Positions 24,101 through 37,803 of a stretch of DNA of 64,000 nt are shown here, one piece after another. The number at the start of each line of letters is the position of its first letter. Within the stretch, counting starts at the first letter, position 1. The notes beneath the pieces are model-generated. The model had not been told where the DNA came from. It saw only the letters and a list, made by a program, of their open reading frames with translations, and made no database searches. The stretch comes from Squalus acanthias (taxonomy: Eukaryota), in NCBI GenBank assembly GCA_030390025.1, contig CM059432.1, positions 149,856,001-149,920,000 on the forward strand, read 5' to 3'. The translations under genes and the position numbers were made by a program.

Positions 24101-24974
24101 TTTTCCCCTCCCCTTATCATTAGGATCTGCCATAATGATCATAATGACACTGACTTCAACTTTGGGACATGCAAATATTAGATATGAAACAATATTAATA
24201 TCCAGCTGATCTATTAATAACCATGTGTGAGCGTCAGATCAACCGATTTGGTATTTAAGTTATTGCCAGAGATGGGAACTCCTAATTTTGTTGGAGCAAA
24301 ATCTTGAAGATCTGGAAGAAAATGATAGATTGTGGGGCCGATTTTCACGGGGAGTGTGGATTGGGCAGGTGGTGGGCGGGGTCAGGAGAAGCATTGGAAG
24401 TTTTTAATTCTTATTAAATTGCACACAAAGACAATGCAAATTTGCAAAAGGTTGCCCGCCTCTGATTGTCCCGTTGATTATCAGGAAGAGTACTTTACTT
24501 TCGGCATTCACTGAGAAAGGCGCGGTAAACCAGTTCTGGGCTCATTCACTGGACTGATACGGGTTGACTGGGCTCAGTGTACGTCACTACAAATGCAGCT
24601 AATATTAATACTGGATTGACTTTTCCACAGTAGCTGCAGCTCACGTGTTAATAACAAGGGCTGTAATGCTGCCAGTGACTCGAAAAAGCGGAGTTTTAAT
24701 TCTTTTAGCAGTGTGCCACCAAATGGTGCGCACAGCCCGCACGTGATCCCCCTGCGCCTCCAATATCCACGCACGCACGCCTGCGCATTTCATGACTTGC
24801 CAAATCAATTGAGTTCACATCCCCAGAGGTCATGCTGTACAGTTCATTGGCCAGGCTATACCTGGTTCTGGTTATTGTGACACAAGGAGCCACCTTACTC
24901 AGAGGAATGAGGCTGATCCCAGTGTCAGAGTGACGCGTAATGGGGGCTGTTCTATCAGGAAGTTTAGTCCACAC

Positions 24975-25500
24975 TTTGATAACTCTTTGTTTGTAAAAGG
25001 ATTTCCTGATATCAGTGCTAAATTTACTTTTTACTAGTTTGAACCTGTGTCCCTTTGTTTAAACTCTCACAGTTTCATTTAAAATAACAAGTTGGGTTAT
25101 CTTTTTGTTCTCCTTTAACACTCTTGCATACCTCTGTATATCACCTCTCAAATTCCTCCTTTCCAGGCCGAAAGGTCCGAGGTCGAGAACTTCCTTGGAG
25201 CTGTTCCCACTCGGCCATCAGAACCTTGTTTGAAATGCGGCCAGTTTGTGCGTGTAAATGGGGTTTCTGCCACACCTCCGGCCAAGTTCTGGTGGCGGAG
25301 CAGGAACAGCGCCAAGGAAATTCCTGACCCAAGTTTCTCGAGTTGTGTCCGATAGCTCAGACCCATGACACTGGGGATCAGCCTCAGGGCTGTTCTCGAC
25401 ACTGCCTCCAGCGTCTCTCGTGTTTTGGCGACCAGAACTGATTGAAGTGTTCAAGGTGCAGTGTGACCAGAGCACTGCAGACCTTGAGCTACATAGTCAA
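24975..25500 (-). mobile_element. Highly decayed CR1 fragment with a small insert (~25150-25325)
   Basis: ALRLIPSVMGLSYRTQLEKLG resembles the CR1 RT C-terminus (TRLIPGMRGLSYEERL). Confidence 0.6.
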
Positions 25501-25535
25501 AAGGAGTAGATGATAAATCAAAAGAGGTAATGATT

Positions 25536-25668
25536 AAAAAGAAAATACTGCAGATGTTGGAAATCTGAAATAAAACCAGAAAATGCTGGGAACATTCAGC
25601 TGGTCAGACAGCTTCCGTGGAGAGAACGGACAAGTTAATATTTCAGGTATGGACCCTTCATGAGAACC
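25536..25668 (-). mobile_element. PLE family B terminal fragment with a degenerate hammerhead
   Basis: Similar to 52659-52760; the core reads CUCAUGA instead of CUGAUGA. Confidence 0.65.
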
Positions 25669-28474
25669 TTAAAGTGCTCTGTTTAGACTACAACCCTTAA
25701 TGCGGCATACAGTTCTCCTCACCAAGAAACCAGAGACATCCAAGTACTGGAGGCAGTGCACGGAAGCTGATCCTAGTGTCAGAGGGGAGAGTTACAAAGA
25801 ATGATTTGTTAAGCTATGGTTCCAAAATACACATCTCGGAGGCGTATGAAATACTTAATGGGTTTAGAGAAAGTAAATCTGAAACAGGACTGTCAGTTAC
25901 CCCGGGCAAAAGGACAAGAGGCCACCATTTCAGGGTAGTGAAGGACAAACAAGACAGATGCCAGGAAGTGCTTCTTTACACAGAGGGTGATCAACACCAA
26001 TAGCTGGCTTGCCAGCAAGGGTGTTGGAGGCTGGAACACTGCACTCTTGAAGAAACGGACAGATGCTGTAGTGGGTAGACAGTAGGGCTGATAATCTGAA
26101 AGGGCCTTCTTCATCTGAACGGCTCTTTTGATTCTATCATTGGATCAATAGTTTTTGTGGAATATTGAAGATGGTGACAACAGCAAGTAGGGCCAATCTC
26201 TCTTTCCATTATTCTAACACATTTTTCCGTCACCTTTGTCACTTGGTTACACTAGCATAGATTGGGCAGGGTTGTTACCCCTCAGGCTTCTCCCAACACT
26301 CTTTACTCGTGCTAACAGCAACAAAGCCGTTTCCAAGAACAGGATTGCCCCTCTTAAAATTCAGAACTTGTGCTCGGAGTAACTGGGTTAGCATGCTGCA
26401 GGATTAACAATAACCATTTCTGGAGCTACACAGTGGAAAGATATATGGGATGTCCAGGGTACCCTTCTGATTTGTTTAATCGTAACACACTGACAGACCA
26501 TACATTTCAAGCTCAACCAAAAGATGCATGTGTATTGTGAGACATAAATCTATACAGAAGCAAACCAGATCAGCAGATAAAATTGCAAAACAACACTTAA
26601 CCCATATAAAACCACTTCTGAAACCAAAATAACAAAGCATTTCAGAATGATCAGAGCATATTTGAGAGCCCTTTAACATTTGACTTAATAATTAGAAAAT
26701 CATAGGCAGTACACCCCTGGATTGCTGATGCACCATAGACACCATAGAGGCTCCCCACTCGCAGAACATCAGAAATGAATCAAATTTATATGAAAGATAT
26801 ATTTTACATCATGATGCAGGATGAAGCCCATAGCTGTTACAGCAGTCACTGAGCCAATGATGGTAACTGAAGAGGCTTGTAAAGTGGATGGAAATGGCAC
26901 AATCAATCTTTCTGTGCAGAGTTACTGGCTTGTCCTTTGCATTAACATCCAATTTTGTCTGTCTCTGCCTGCAGTGATATGGTCATTGCTTGTCTTTCAG
27001 ATAGTTAAATATCCTGACTGGGCGATTCACCAGTCTCACTTGTAATGACCCTTAATAAGAAACAAAATGGAGGCAAGCATGCTTCCCTAATGGATTGCTC
27101 AAATTGTTGCAAACAGAAGGTAGCTGTCAAAATATTGTCACTAATATTTGTCTCCTCTGAGGATGTCATCTATCTAGCTCAAAACTCTCAAGAGAGATGT
27201 CAAAAGAGACCAGAAAGTCAGTGAGGCTGAAATGACTTAACCTAATAAAGCCTAGAGAAATGTCAAGATCCAATTTTGAGCAGGGCCTCAAGAGAACCAC
27301 TTTATTTCTGCATCAGGAGACTGAGAGCTCATTGACAAGTAAATCATTTTGCTTTTAAGGTAAATTGGTAACCAGGTAACAGGTTGCTGTGTTTGAGATG
27401 TTGAAACCGTGTTCATTTGATGTGCTTTCCATTAGCTGTGACATAGATGGATGGATCGCTCTGTGTCGTGATTAGAATTTGACTTTATCCCTTCTTGTAA
27501 TCTCAGCACAATGGCCTATCCCCCCCTACCCCCCAAACCCAAGCCGAATTCACTCTCCCCGTGTCGGTATGTCTGGCCCATTCCAATGGAAAGTTGATGA
27601 GTTAAGCTTCACGTTGCCTCATTTTGCACAGCTGCTTCAGAAAAAACACACAGCTAGGGGGGAAGAAACCTCAGAAAATGGCACCCAATGGTGCCTGTCA
27701 CTTTTACTCGCTAGTCAGGATATGCTGGGAAAGAAAGATTGCTCACATTCCCGTGTTAAAAACAGATGACAGATATTGAGTGGGAGCTCACACAGAATCA
27801 TGCTTTTGAAATGATCCAATTGGTAGCATTAAAGAGCAGGTGTTCTTGTCGTGACAGGCCAAGTAAAGCCTATTGCACAGAGTAAGGATAACATGAAAGA
27901 TGTCCGGGATTCCATATCAGTTCATCAGCAATTCAGCAGCTGTATGAATTAGACGGGCCAGGAAGCGGCATTTTCTCAAAGGAATAATTAACAGCCTGCC
28001 AAAGAGCAGCTTCTATCTTTCTATTTTGGGTCACTCTCAACCTGTTCAGTCGGGATTAATTTCTCCTGCTGTATATACTTGCAGGAGATTAGGATGCATG
28101 CCGAATGGTTTAAGCTGCTTCTGTAACTGCTCATCAATTTTCTAAGATCCTGGCCTAGAAATTGGTTTGCCCCTGAAAACGGGCGCGAGGATCGCGATGC
28201 GCTAGCAACCCGCGCCCATTCGGAGGACTGCAGGCAGCATGCAAACTTTGTGCTGTCTGCTCATTTACATGATTGTGACGTTCAGCCCAGCGCTAAACGC
28301 GCTGCTGAGTGGCTGAACGCTCAGCAGGGGGCTTATGTTTGTGCGAGGCTAACACCAATTAAAGCTGGCCTGCACTACTTAAAGGTAGACTGCACCTCTT
28401 AAAGGGGAGGTGCATTCTGCCTGCAGATCATCATTCAACTGGCTGAGGAAGACAGTGGAAAAAATCAATTCCTG

Positions 28475-31471
28475 ATGGCACAACAGGGGATAGAGCGTGC
28501 ACTAAAGTTCTCTGATGCAGCACTGGAGGCCTTGGTGCAGGAGGCCAACTCGAGGAGAGGGGTCCTCTTTCCACAGTTTAATGACCTCATATGAGTGATC
28601 AAGGTCAGTGAATCCATATCCCACCACCTGCGCCATTAGCCTCACACACTGCTCAATGCACCACACCCCCATCACTCGCCTACCAACAAGCTCTACCAAG
28701 CCCGACTCATACCGTACATTTATAGCTTCACCTCACCCTCACACACTTACCACTGCTGCAAGCCTCACACCCACATCTCACAGCTTGTACACAGTGCCAG
28801 CTATTCAACCATGACAGGCACATCCACCCAAACACATTGCACCACTCTCACTGACACACTTGCCTTTCTCTTACAGGAAAAGGTGGTGCATAACCGGGGC
28901 CAGCAGAACCTAACCGGCGCAGGACAGGCTCACCTGCATCACCTCACCCCCTTGGAGGAGACGGTGCTGGCCATTCTTGGCAGGGGCATGGCTGAGCCCT
29001 TGGCCAGCGGCGGGGCTGAAAGAATACAAGGTGCTGTTATCCACATACGTTATCCTCCTTCTCACATCCCACTTCCCCCTCATCCCACAATCACTTCTGA
29101 TTTACAAGCTGCACATGGTGAAAGCATGTACCTCTTGCTTTAACCCCCACCCTCACCACAACCCTACCCTTGTGCCTTTCTCATTTCAGATCATAGGATT
29201 ACACAGGATATACGGCACAGAAACAGGCCATTTGGCCCAACCAGTCCATGCCGGCGTTTATGCTCCACTCGAGCCTCCTCCCGTCTTTCCTCATCTAAAT
29301 CTATCAGCGTAACCCTCTATTCCCTTCTCCCTCATATGCTTATCTAACCACCCTTTAAATGCATCTATACTATTCGCTTCAACCACTCCCTGTGGTAGCG
29401 AGTTCCACATTCTCACCACTCTTTGGGTAAAGAAGTTTTTTTCTGAATTCCCTATTGGATTTCTTGGTGACTATCTTATATTGATGGCCTCTAGTTTTGC
29501 TCTTCCCCACAAGTGGAAACATTCTCTCTGTATCCACTCTATCAAAACCTTTCATAATTTTAAAGACCTCTATTAGGTCACCCCTCAGCCTTCTTTTTTC
29601 AAGAGAAAAGAGACCCAGCCTGTTCATCCTTTCCTGATATGTATACCCTTGCATTTCTGGTATCATCCTTGTAAATCTTCTCTGCACCCTCTCTAGTGCC
29701 TCGATATTCTTTTAATAATATGGCGACCATAATTGTACACAGTACTCCAAGTGTGGTCTAACCAAGGTTCGATACAAATTTAGCATAACCTCCCTACTTT
29801 TCAATTCTATCCCTCTAGAAATAAACCCTAGTGCTTGGTTTGCTTTTTTATGGCCTTTTTAACCTGTGTCACAACTTTTAGTGATTTGTGTATTTGCACT
29901 CCCTTTGCTCTTCTACCCCATTTAGATTCATATTTTCTAAGTGACCTCCCTATTCTTCCTACCAAAATGTAATACCTCACATTTATTTGTGTTGAATTTC
30001 ATTTGCCAATTATATGCCCATTCTGCAAGTTTATTAATGTCCTCCTGTAATTTGTTGCAGTCCTTCTCAGTATTGATGATCCCCCAATTTGGTGTCATCC
30101 GCAAATTTAGAAATTGTGTTTTTGATTCCAAAGTCTAAATCATTAATATAAATTGTGAACAACAGTGGTCCCAGCACTGATCCTTGTGAAACACCACTAC
30201 CCACCTTCTGCTACTCTGAATAACTACCCTTTACCCCTACTCCAAGCTTTCAGTCTTGAAGCCAGCTAGCTATCCATTTTGCTACTTGTCCCCTGACTCC
30301 GCATTCCCTGACCTTATCAATTATTCTATTATGTGGTACCTTAACGAAGGCCTTTTGAAAATCTAGATAAATTACATCTACTGCATTACCCTTGTCGACT
30401 CTCTCTGTTACCTCTTCAAAAAATTCAATGAGGTTGGTCAAGCAAGACTTTCCCTTTTGAAATCCATGCTGACTATTCATTATTATATTTTTGGTTTCTA
30501 GATGTTCTTCTATTTTCTCCTTTATTAGGGATTCCATTATTTTTCCCCAAGATCCCCAATAAATCCAACCTTCCCAGCCTGTGGTTATAGAAGAAGGGGG
30601 AGAGGAGAGTGATGAAGAAGAAGAAACACTCGATTTCACACTCCCAACCACCAGCTCAGATACCGGCAATGAGCAGAGCTCAGAGGGTAGCTCAGAGGTG
30701 GGATCTGCATGTGGTGAGTCACCGGGCACGAATGGGCTGCAGCCAAGGCAGGGGGAAAGGGTAGCTCAGGTGCCAGCTCCCCGGAGGGAAAATTCGCACA
30801 TGAGTTCTGCTGCAGAGGATTCAGATGAGGACTTCGATGGGGCGATCTACAGAAGAACGCTGATGGGTATGCACAACAAAATGCTTAGTATGCTGGCAGG
30901 CCTGGCAGAAAACCTGAGTGCAATGTCAAGGAGCATGGAGGAGACCAGCACTGACCTTGCACAGGGCTTTGCTCAGAGCTTGGAGGCCATCCTTTTCAGC
31001 GTGGAAGGTCTGGGCAGATCCATTAGTGCACTTCTGGACCCAACCATGATGCAGCGTCTGATGGCCAATGTCTCAGCTTCCAGTGCAGCACAAGTACAAG
31101 CCACCCTACATCTGAGTGCTGCAGTGGAAGCTCAGACTGAAGTCATGCAAGCTCAGACTGCTGCCATCATGGCTGCATTTACCAGTTTGGAAAGGGACTT
31201 GCAGGATGTCACAGCAGTCCAGAAATCTGTCCTCCAACAGATTACTAGGATTGCTGAGGTGTCGCCCCGGGGGAGTGGCAGTGGCTCCGTGGAGGACCAA
31301 CCTGCTGTCCTCGCTCAGGAAGACAGCATTCATCCTCCCACCACTGCCACTCCGCCAGTACCCTTGCTGTTGCCTGTCAGTCAGCCAGCCCAGACTGCTG
31401 CCGCCCATGTCGAGGTGGTACAGGTGCAGCCGGGCCTTCTAGCCCCAGAGTTGCTCGCAGTTGTCCTGTGA
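28475..31471 (+). pseudogene. Harbinger Myb/SANT-like DNA-binding protein gene, 3 exons (28475-28603, 28877-~29036, 29190/30552-~31471)
   Basis: MAQQGIERALKFSDAALEALVQEANSRRGVLFP..FNDL (Myb_DNA-bind_5-like, internally deleted, with a stop); donor aag|gtcagt; acceptor ttacag|EKVVHNR..TG.G..LTPLEETVLAILG; acidic then helical exon 3 (296-aa ORF); AATAAA at 31641. Confidence 0.8.
29193..30549 (-). mobile_element. 5'-truncated CR1
   Basis: RT ORFs 30250-30549, 29937-30131 and 29379-29687; TSD AGATC at 29188-29192 and 30550-30554. Confidence 0.93.
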
Positions 31472-31769
31472 GGCCATCTGCAGTCTCCCCCACTGCAGCC
31501 TTCCCCCAGCCATGCTGCAGCCACTGGGGTAGCACTTCGTAGGAGCACTAGAGCAGGCAAAGGCACACTGAAGACAGGCAGTAAGGGAATGCACAAGGGT
31601 GATTAGTTGACTTTGTTAAGTTATATTGGATGTATTGATGAATAAAGTTGGATTGGAATGTTTCTTTTGTGGTGGCTTTAATTTCAGCATTGTGGTGGTT
31701 TGTATCAGAGAGAAGGTTAGGTGTGGGACTAATGTTGAAAGGGGAATTGGGGTTGAGTTTGCTTGTACC

Positions 31770-32990
31770 GCAGTCAGATGAGCTGATCGCGGACAGCCCG
31801 GGCAGAAAGGGGCTGTCTGCGTTGCCTCCTCCCTTCCGCTGCCTCCCCCTCCTCTTTCTCTTCCTCTTCCTCCTCCGCCTCTTCCGCTTCCTCCCCCTCC
31901 TCTTTCTCTTCCTCTTCCTCCCCCTCCTCGTCTGCTTCCTCCTCCTCCTTCTTAGGTGGTCACCGTATGCCTGGTGGCAAGGGCTGTGCCCTCATGATGG
32001 CAAGGTTGCAGCAGACCATGACGAATCTTGAGACAAGCTCTGGTGAGTATTGCAGGGCTCCTCTAGAGTGGTCCAGGCAGTGGAAGCATTGTTGAAGGAT
32101 GCCAATGGTCTGCTCTATCAGGTTCCATGTGGCAGCTTGGCTCTCATTGTACGCATGCTGCCCACGTGTGGTTGGGTTGCAGAGCGGAGTCATGAGCCAG
32201 GTGGTCAGCCCTCGTCACCCAGTAGCCAGACTCTGGTTGGTCGTGGTGACTCAAAGACTGCCGGAACAGCAGGCTGGTGCAGAATTAAGGCATCCGGACT
32301 CTGCCAGGATACCGGGCATTCACCATCATGATGTGCGGAGCATGGTCGCACACCAACTGCACATTCAGCGAGTGGTAACGTTTGTGGTTGCGGTACATCT
32401 CTGCATTTAGATGTGGTACATGCAAAGTCACGTGCGTGCAGTCAATGGTGCCCAGCACCGTGGGAAGTCCGCTATCCTGGCAAAGCCACGTGCACGCTCC
32501 ACCTGCTTCTCTCTGGTCAGAGAGAAGACAATGAAGTTCCCTCTCCTGGCATAAAGAGCATCTGTCACTCTTCTTATGCAGCAGTGGATGGCGAACTGTG
32601 AGATGTTACAGATGTCGCCTGCTCCAGCCTGGAAGGATCCTAATGCGAGGAAATTCAGGGCCACGGTCACCTTGACAGCCACTGGCAGCGCTGTCCATGT
32701 CCTGGAGTGAGGCTGCAGGTCTGGTTGCAAGAGGTGGCAGAGTTCTGTGAGCACCTCCTTCGTAACGTGCAGACGCCTCACACACTGCTCCTGGCTCAGG
32801 CTGAGGTAGAGAATTGCTCTCGGAAGACCCAAGGTGGGTAAGGCCTCCTGCTGAGAGCCCTTCTCCCCCCCCTCCTCCTCCCTCTGTGAGCAGCTTGTCC
32901 TCTTCTTCGCTGCCTCTGCTCCATCTCCCTGTCCTGCTGCAGGCCAAGGGGTGAGACAACTAGAGCCCCCAACGACTGGGAGCAAGTGGC
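31770..32990 (-). pseudogene. Harbinger DDE transposase pseudogene
   Basis: SRRPYPPWVFR, ALPVAVKVTVALNFLALGSFQAGAGD, MTPLCNP..YNESQAATWNLIEQTIGIL..CLDHSRGALQYSP; Glu-rich tail; several frameshifts. Confidence 0.92.
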
Positions 32991-33070
32991 CTGACCAGAA
33001 CCCTTGAAGTCAGAAGCAAGGCCTTCTCCACTTGCAGCACCACTGCCCGTCACCTCACCAACTTTAAACA

Positions 33071-36000
33071 GAGCAGGATTAAAATGGAGTGGACTTAAGC
33101 AGTGTGTTTTATTTGGGAATTTGGAAAGAGTGGGAATTCGGAGAAGGAGTTGCTGCTTTCTGTCTACACTACTTGTAGTGCTTTGTGTTACAGGTAGATA
33201 TTTAATTTCAGTACTCACAACTTAATCTAGATCAAGTAAGTAGTCAGGAAACTACACTGTAAACAAAGTTAACTAATTACAAATGTAATTAAATTTAATT
33301 CAATAAAACAAGGTCATATAGGGATGGCAGTGCAGGTGGTATGCCACAACTGCAGCATGTGGGAGTTTGTGGAGAGCATTGTGATCCCAGACAATCACGT
33401 TTGCAGTAAGTGCCTGCATCTTGAGGAACTTCAGCTCAGAGTTTTTGAACTGGAGTCTGAGGTGCAGACATTGCGGGGCATCAGGGAGGGGGAGAGTTAC
33501 CTGGACACTTTGATCCAGGAGGCAGTCACACCCCTTAGGTTAGGCAGTGGTACAGGTCTGGTTAGTGGTCAGGGACAGGAGGGTGTGACTGTGACTCAGG
33601 CAGGTAAGAGGACCACAGGTGCAGTGCTGGAGGAGCCTCAGCCTTTGCCCTTATCCAACAGGTATGAGGTTCTTGCTGCCTGTGTGGATGAGGGAAAAGC
33701 CTGCAGGATGGATGAGCAAGCTGACCATGGCACCACGGTGCAGGAGGCCATTCAAGTGGGGAGAGTGAAAGGGAATGTAGTTGTGGTAGGGGACAGTATA
33801 GTCAGGGGGATAGATACTGTTCTCTGCAGCCGTGACCGAGAGTTCTGAAGGTTGTGTTGCCTGCCCGTGCCAAGGTTAAAGACATCTCCTCGCGGCTGGA
33901 GGAGAACTTGGAGTGGGAGGGGGAGGATTCAGTTGTCGTGGTCCACGTAGGACCAACGACATAGGTAGAACTAGGAATGAGGTTCTGCTGAGGGAGTTTG
34001 AGGAGCTAGGGTCCACATTAAAAAGCAGAACCTCAAAGCTAATAATCTCTGGATTGTTACCTGAGCCACGTGCAAATTGGCATAGGGGCAAACAGATTAG
34101 AGGTTTAAATGCGTGGCTCAAAGAGTGGTGTGGGAGGAAGGGGTTTCGGTTCATGGGGCACTGGCACTAGTACTGGGGAAAGAGGGAGCTGTTCCATTGG
34201 GACGGGCTCCACTTAAACCGGGCTGGCGAACCGAATAACTAGGGCAGTAGACAGGACTTTAAACTAAGAGAAGGGGTGAAGGGCGGGGGGGCCGGACAAT
34301 TCAGGAAAGAGTAAATTTTAAAGCAGCGGGAGAAATATCAAGACTCTAGAGCAGAGTAAAGTTTTGGGTAAAAATAAACAGAGTGGGTCAGGAAGGGACA
34401 GAGAGAGAGAGAGTAACAAAGGTAATAAGGCATCAGTGACTACGGTGACATCAGGAAAAAATAGAAATAAGCCAAAGCTAAAGGCACTATATCTGAATGC
34501 GCGAAGCATTCGCAACAAAATAGATGAATTAATAGCGCAGATAGAAATTAACAGGTTTGATCTAATAGCCTTTACAGAGACATGGTTGCAAAGTAGCCAA
34601 GGTTGGGAACTAAATATTCCAGTATATTTAACTTTTAGAAAAGATAGGCAAAATGGCAAAGGAGGAGGGGTAGCCCTGACGATAAAGGATGGGATAAAGA
34701 CAGTTGAGAGAAAGGATCTTAGCTCCGAAAATCAAGAAGTAGAATCAGTTTGGGTGAAGCTAAGAAACAGCAAGGGGCAGAAAACATTGGTGGGAGTTGT
34801 TTATAGGCCTCCAAACAGTAGTTGTAATGTAGAGCAGAGTATAAATCAGGAAATTAGAGGCACATTTAACAAGGGTAATACAATGATCATGGGGGACTTT
34901 AATCTACATATAAACTGGGCAAACCAAATTTGCAGTATTAGTGTGGAGGACGAATTCATGGAATGTATGCAAGATAGTTTTCTAGATCATTACATTGAGG
35001 AACCAACTAGGGAACAGGCTATTTTAGGTCTAGTGCTGTGCAACAAGAAAGGGTTAATTAATAACCTTGTAGTAAAGGGGCCTTTAGTGAAGAGTGACCA
35101 TAATATGATAGAATTTTATATTGAGTTTGAAAGTGATTAAGTTAAATCCGAAACTAGGGTCTTAAATCTAAACAAAGCAAACTGCGTAGGTATGAGGGGC
35201 GAGTTGGCTAAGGTAGATTGGGAAACTACATTAAAAAGGTATGACGGTAGAGAAGCAATGGCTAGCATTTAAAGAATTAATACATAATTAACAAATATAC
35301 ATTCCTTTAAGGCACAAAAACCCCACAGGAAAAGTGGTCCAACCGTGGCTAACAAGAGAAGTTAAAGCTAGAATTAGATCAAAGGAAGAGGCTTATAATG
35401 TTGCCAAAAAGAGTAGTAAGCCTGAGGATTGGGAGGATTTTAGAATTCAGCAAAGGAGGACCAAGAAATTGATGAAGAAAGGGAAAATAGAATATGAGAG
35501 TAAACTAGCAAGAGACATAGAAACAGACTGTAAAAGCTTCTATAGGTATGAAAAAAGGAAAAGATTAGCGAAAGTAAATGTGGGTCCCTTACAGGCTGAG
35601 ACAGGAAAAATTATAATGGGAAATAAGGAAATGGCAGAGAAATTAAACAAATACTCTGTGTCTGTCTTCACGGAAGAAGACGCAAAAAACTTCCCGGAAA
35701 TAGTGGACAACCAAGGGTATAGCGAGAATGAGGAACTGAAAGAAATTAGTATTAGTAAAAAAATATTACTGGAGAAATTAATGGGACTGAAAGCCAATAA
35801 ATCCCCGAGACCTGATGGCCTACATCCTAGAGTTTTGAAAGAGGTGGCTATAGAGATAGTGGATGCATTGGTTGTCATTTTCAAAAATTCCATAGATTCT
35901 AGAACGGTTCCCGTGGATTGGAAGGTAGCAAATGTAACCCCACTATTTAAGAAAGGAGGGAGAGAGAAAACAGGGAACTACAGGCCAGTTAGCCTAACAT

Positions 36001-37803
36001 CAGTAGTAGGGAAAATGCTAGAATCTATATTAAGGACGTGATAACAGGGCACTTAGAAAATAATAATAGGATTGGGCAGAGTCAACACGGATTTACATAG
36101 AAACATAGAATCTAGGAGCAGGAGTAGGCCATTCGGCCCGTCGAGCCTGCTCCGCCATTCAATACGATCATGGCTGATCATCCAAATCCAGTACCCTGTC
36201 CCTGCTTTAATCCCCACAGTACACATATCCCACCCTACCCCCGTAACCCCACGTATTTAATTCCCCCTAACATATCCCATCCTATCCCCATAACCCCACA
36301 TATTTAATCCCCCCTAACACTAAGGGTCAATTTATCATAGCCAAATCAACCTAACCCACACATTTTTGGACTGTGGGAGGAAACCGGAGCACCCGGAGGA
36401 AACCCACGCAGACACGGGGAGAATGTGCAAACTCCACACAGACAGTCACCCGAGGTCAGATTCGAACCCGGGTCTCTGGCGCTGTGAGGCACCAGTGCTA
36501 ACCACTATGCCACCGTGTTGCCCCATTTATGAAAGGGAAATCGTGTTTGACGAATCTGTTAGAGTTTTTGAGGTTGTAACTAGCAGAATAGATAAGGGGG
36601 AACCAGTGGATGTGGTGTATTTGGATTTTCAGAAGGCATTCGATAAGGTGCCACACAAGAGGTTATTAAACAAAATTAGGGGTCATGGGATTGGCGTAAT
36701 ATACTAGCATGGATTGAGGATTGGTTAATGACAGAAAACAGAGAGTAGGAATAAACGGGTCATTTTTGGGTTGGCAGGCTGTAACTAGTGGGGTACCGCA
36801 AGGATCAGTGCTTGGGCCTCAGCTATTCACAATCTACATCAATGGTTTGGATGAGGGGACCAAATGTAATATATCCAAGTTTGCTGATGATACAAAGCTG
36901 GGTGGGAATGTAAGTTGTGAGGAGGATGCAAAGAGGCTTCAAGGGGATATAGACAGGCTAAGTGAGTGAGCAAGAACATGACAAATGGAATATAATGTGG
37001 AGATATGTGGTTATCCACTTTGGTAGGAATAATAGAAAAGTAGCGTATTTTCTAAATGGTGAGAGATTGGGAAATGTTGGTGTTCAGAGGGACCTGGGTG
37101 TCCTTGTACACGAATCACTGGAAGTTAACATGCAGGCACATCAAGCAATTAGGAAAGCAAATGGTATGTTGGCCTTTATTACAAGAGGATTTGAGTATAA
37201 GAGTAAAGACGTCTTACTGCAATTATATAGGGCTCTGGTGAGACCACACCTGGAGTATTGTGTACAGTTTTGGTATCCTTACCTAAGGAAAGATATACTT
37301 GCCATAGAGGAAGTGCAACGGAGGTTCACCAGACTGATTCCTGGGATGGGGGGATTGGCCTATGAGGAGAGATTGAGTAGACTTGGCCTATATTCTCTAG
37401 AGTTTAGAAGAATGAGAGCTGATCTTATTGAAACATACAAAATTCTTACAGGGCTTGACAGGGTAGATGCAGAGAGGATGTTTCCCCTGGCTGGGGAGTC
37501 TAGAACCAGGGGTCACAGTCTCAGAATAAGGGGTCGGCCATTTAGGACTGAGATGAGGAGAAATTTCTTCACTCAGAGGGTGGTGAATCTTTGGAATTCT
37601 CTACCCCAGAGGGCTGTGGAGGCTCAGTCGTTGAGTAGATTCAAGACAGAAATTGATAGATTTTTTGATATTAAGGCTATCAAGGGATATGGGGATAGTG
37701 CAGGAAAGTGGAGTTGAGGTAGAAGATCAGCTATGATCTTACTGAATGGCGGAGCAGGCTCGAGGGGCCAAATGGCCTACTCCTGCTCCTATTTCTTATG
37801 TTC
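33071..37803 (+). mobile_element. Full-length CR1 LINE (5' UTR, ORF1, ORF2, 3' UTR), inactivated
   Basis: ORF1 from 33324: CHNC..CSKC zinc finger, leucine-rich coiled coil, GDSIVRG esterase; ORF2 endonuclease (ETW, GDFN, SDH) and RT to 37717; TSD TTAAACA at 33064-33070 and 37804-37810. Confidence 0.95.
36096..36524 (-). mobile_element. Complete HE1-type V-SINE with a CR1-derived tail
   Basis: tRNA head (tggcatagtggttagcactg..gggttcgaatc), V-domain tctgtgtggagtttgcacattctccccgtgtctgcgtgggtttcctccgggtgctccggtttcctccc, CR1 3' end; TSD ATTTA at 36091-36095 and 36525-36529; internal ~45-bp duplication. Confidence 0.92.

Noticed and set aside
24775..24861. Possible exon YSLANELYSMTSGDVNSIDLASHEMRR
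   Set aside because: No polypyrimidine tract and no recognisable homology.
30250..30729. Ser-rich leader fused to RT
   Set aside because: Antisense of the Harbinger acidic exon running into a truncated CR1.
36440..36524. tRNA gene (also 13974-14065)
   Set aside because: tRNA-derived SINE heads continuous with SINE bodies, not standalone tRNAs.
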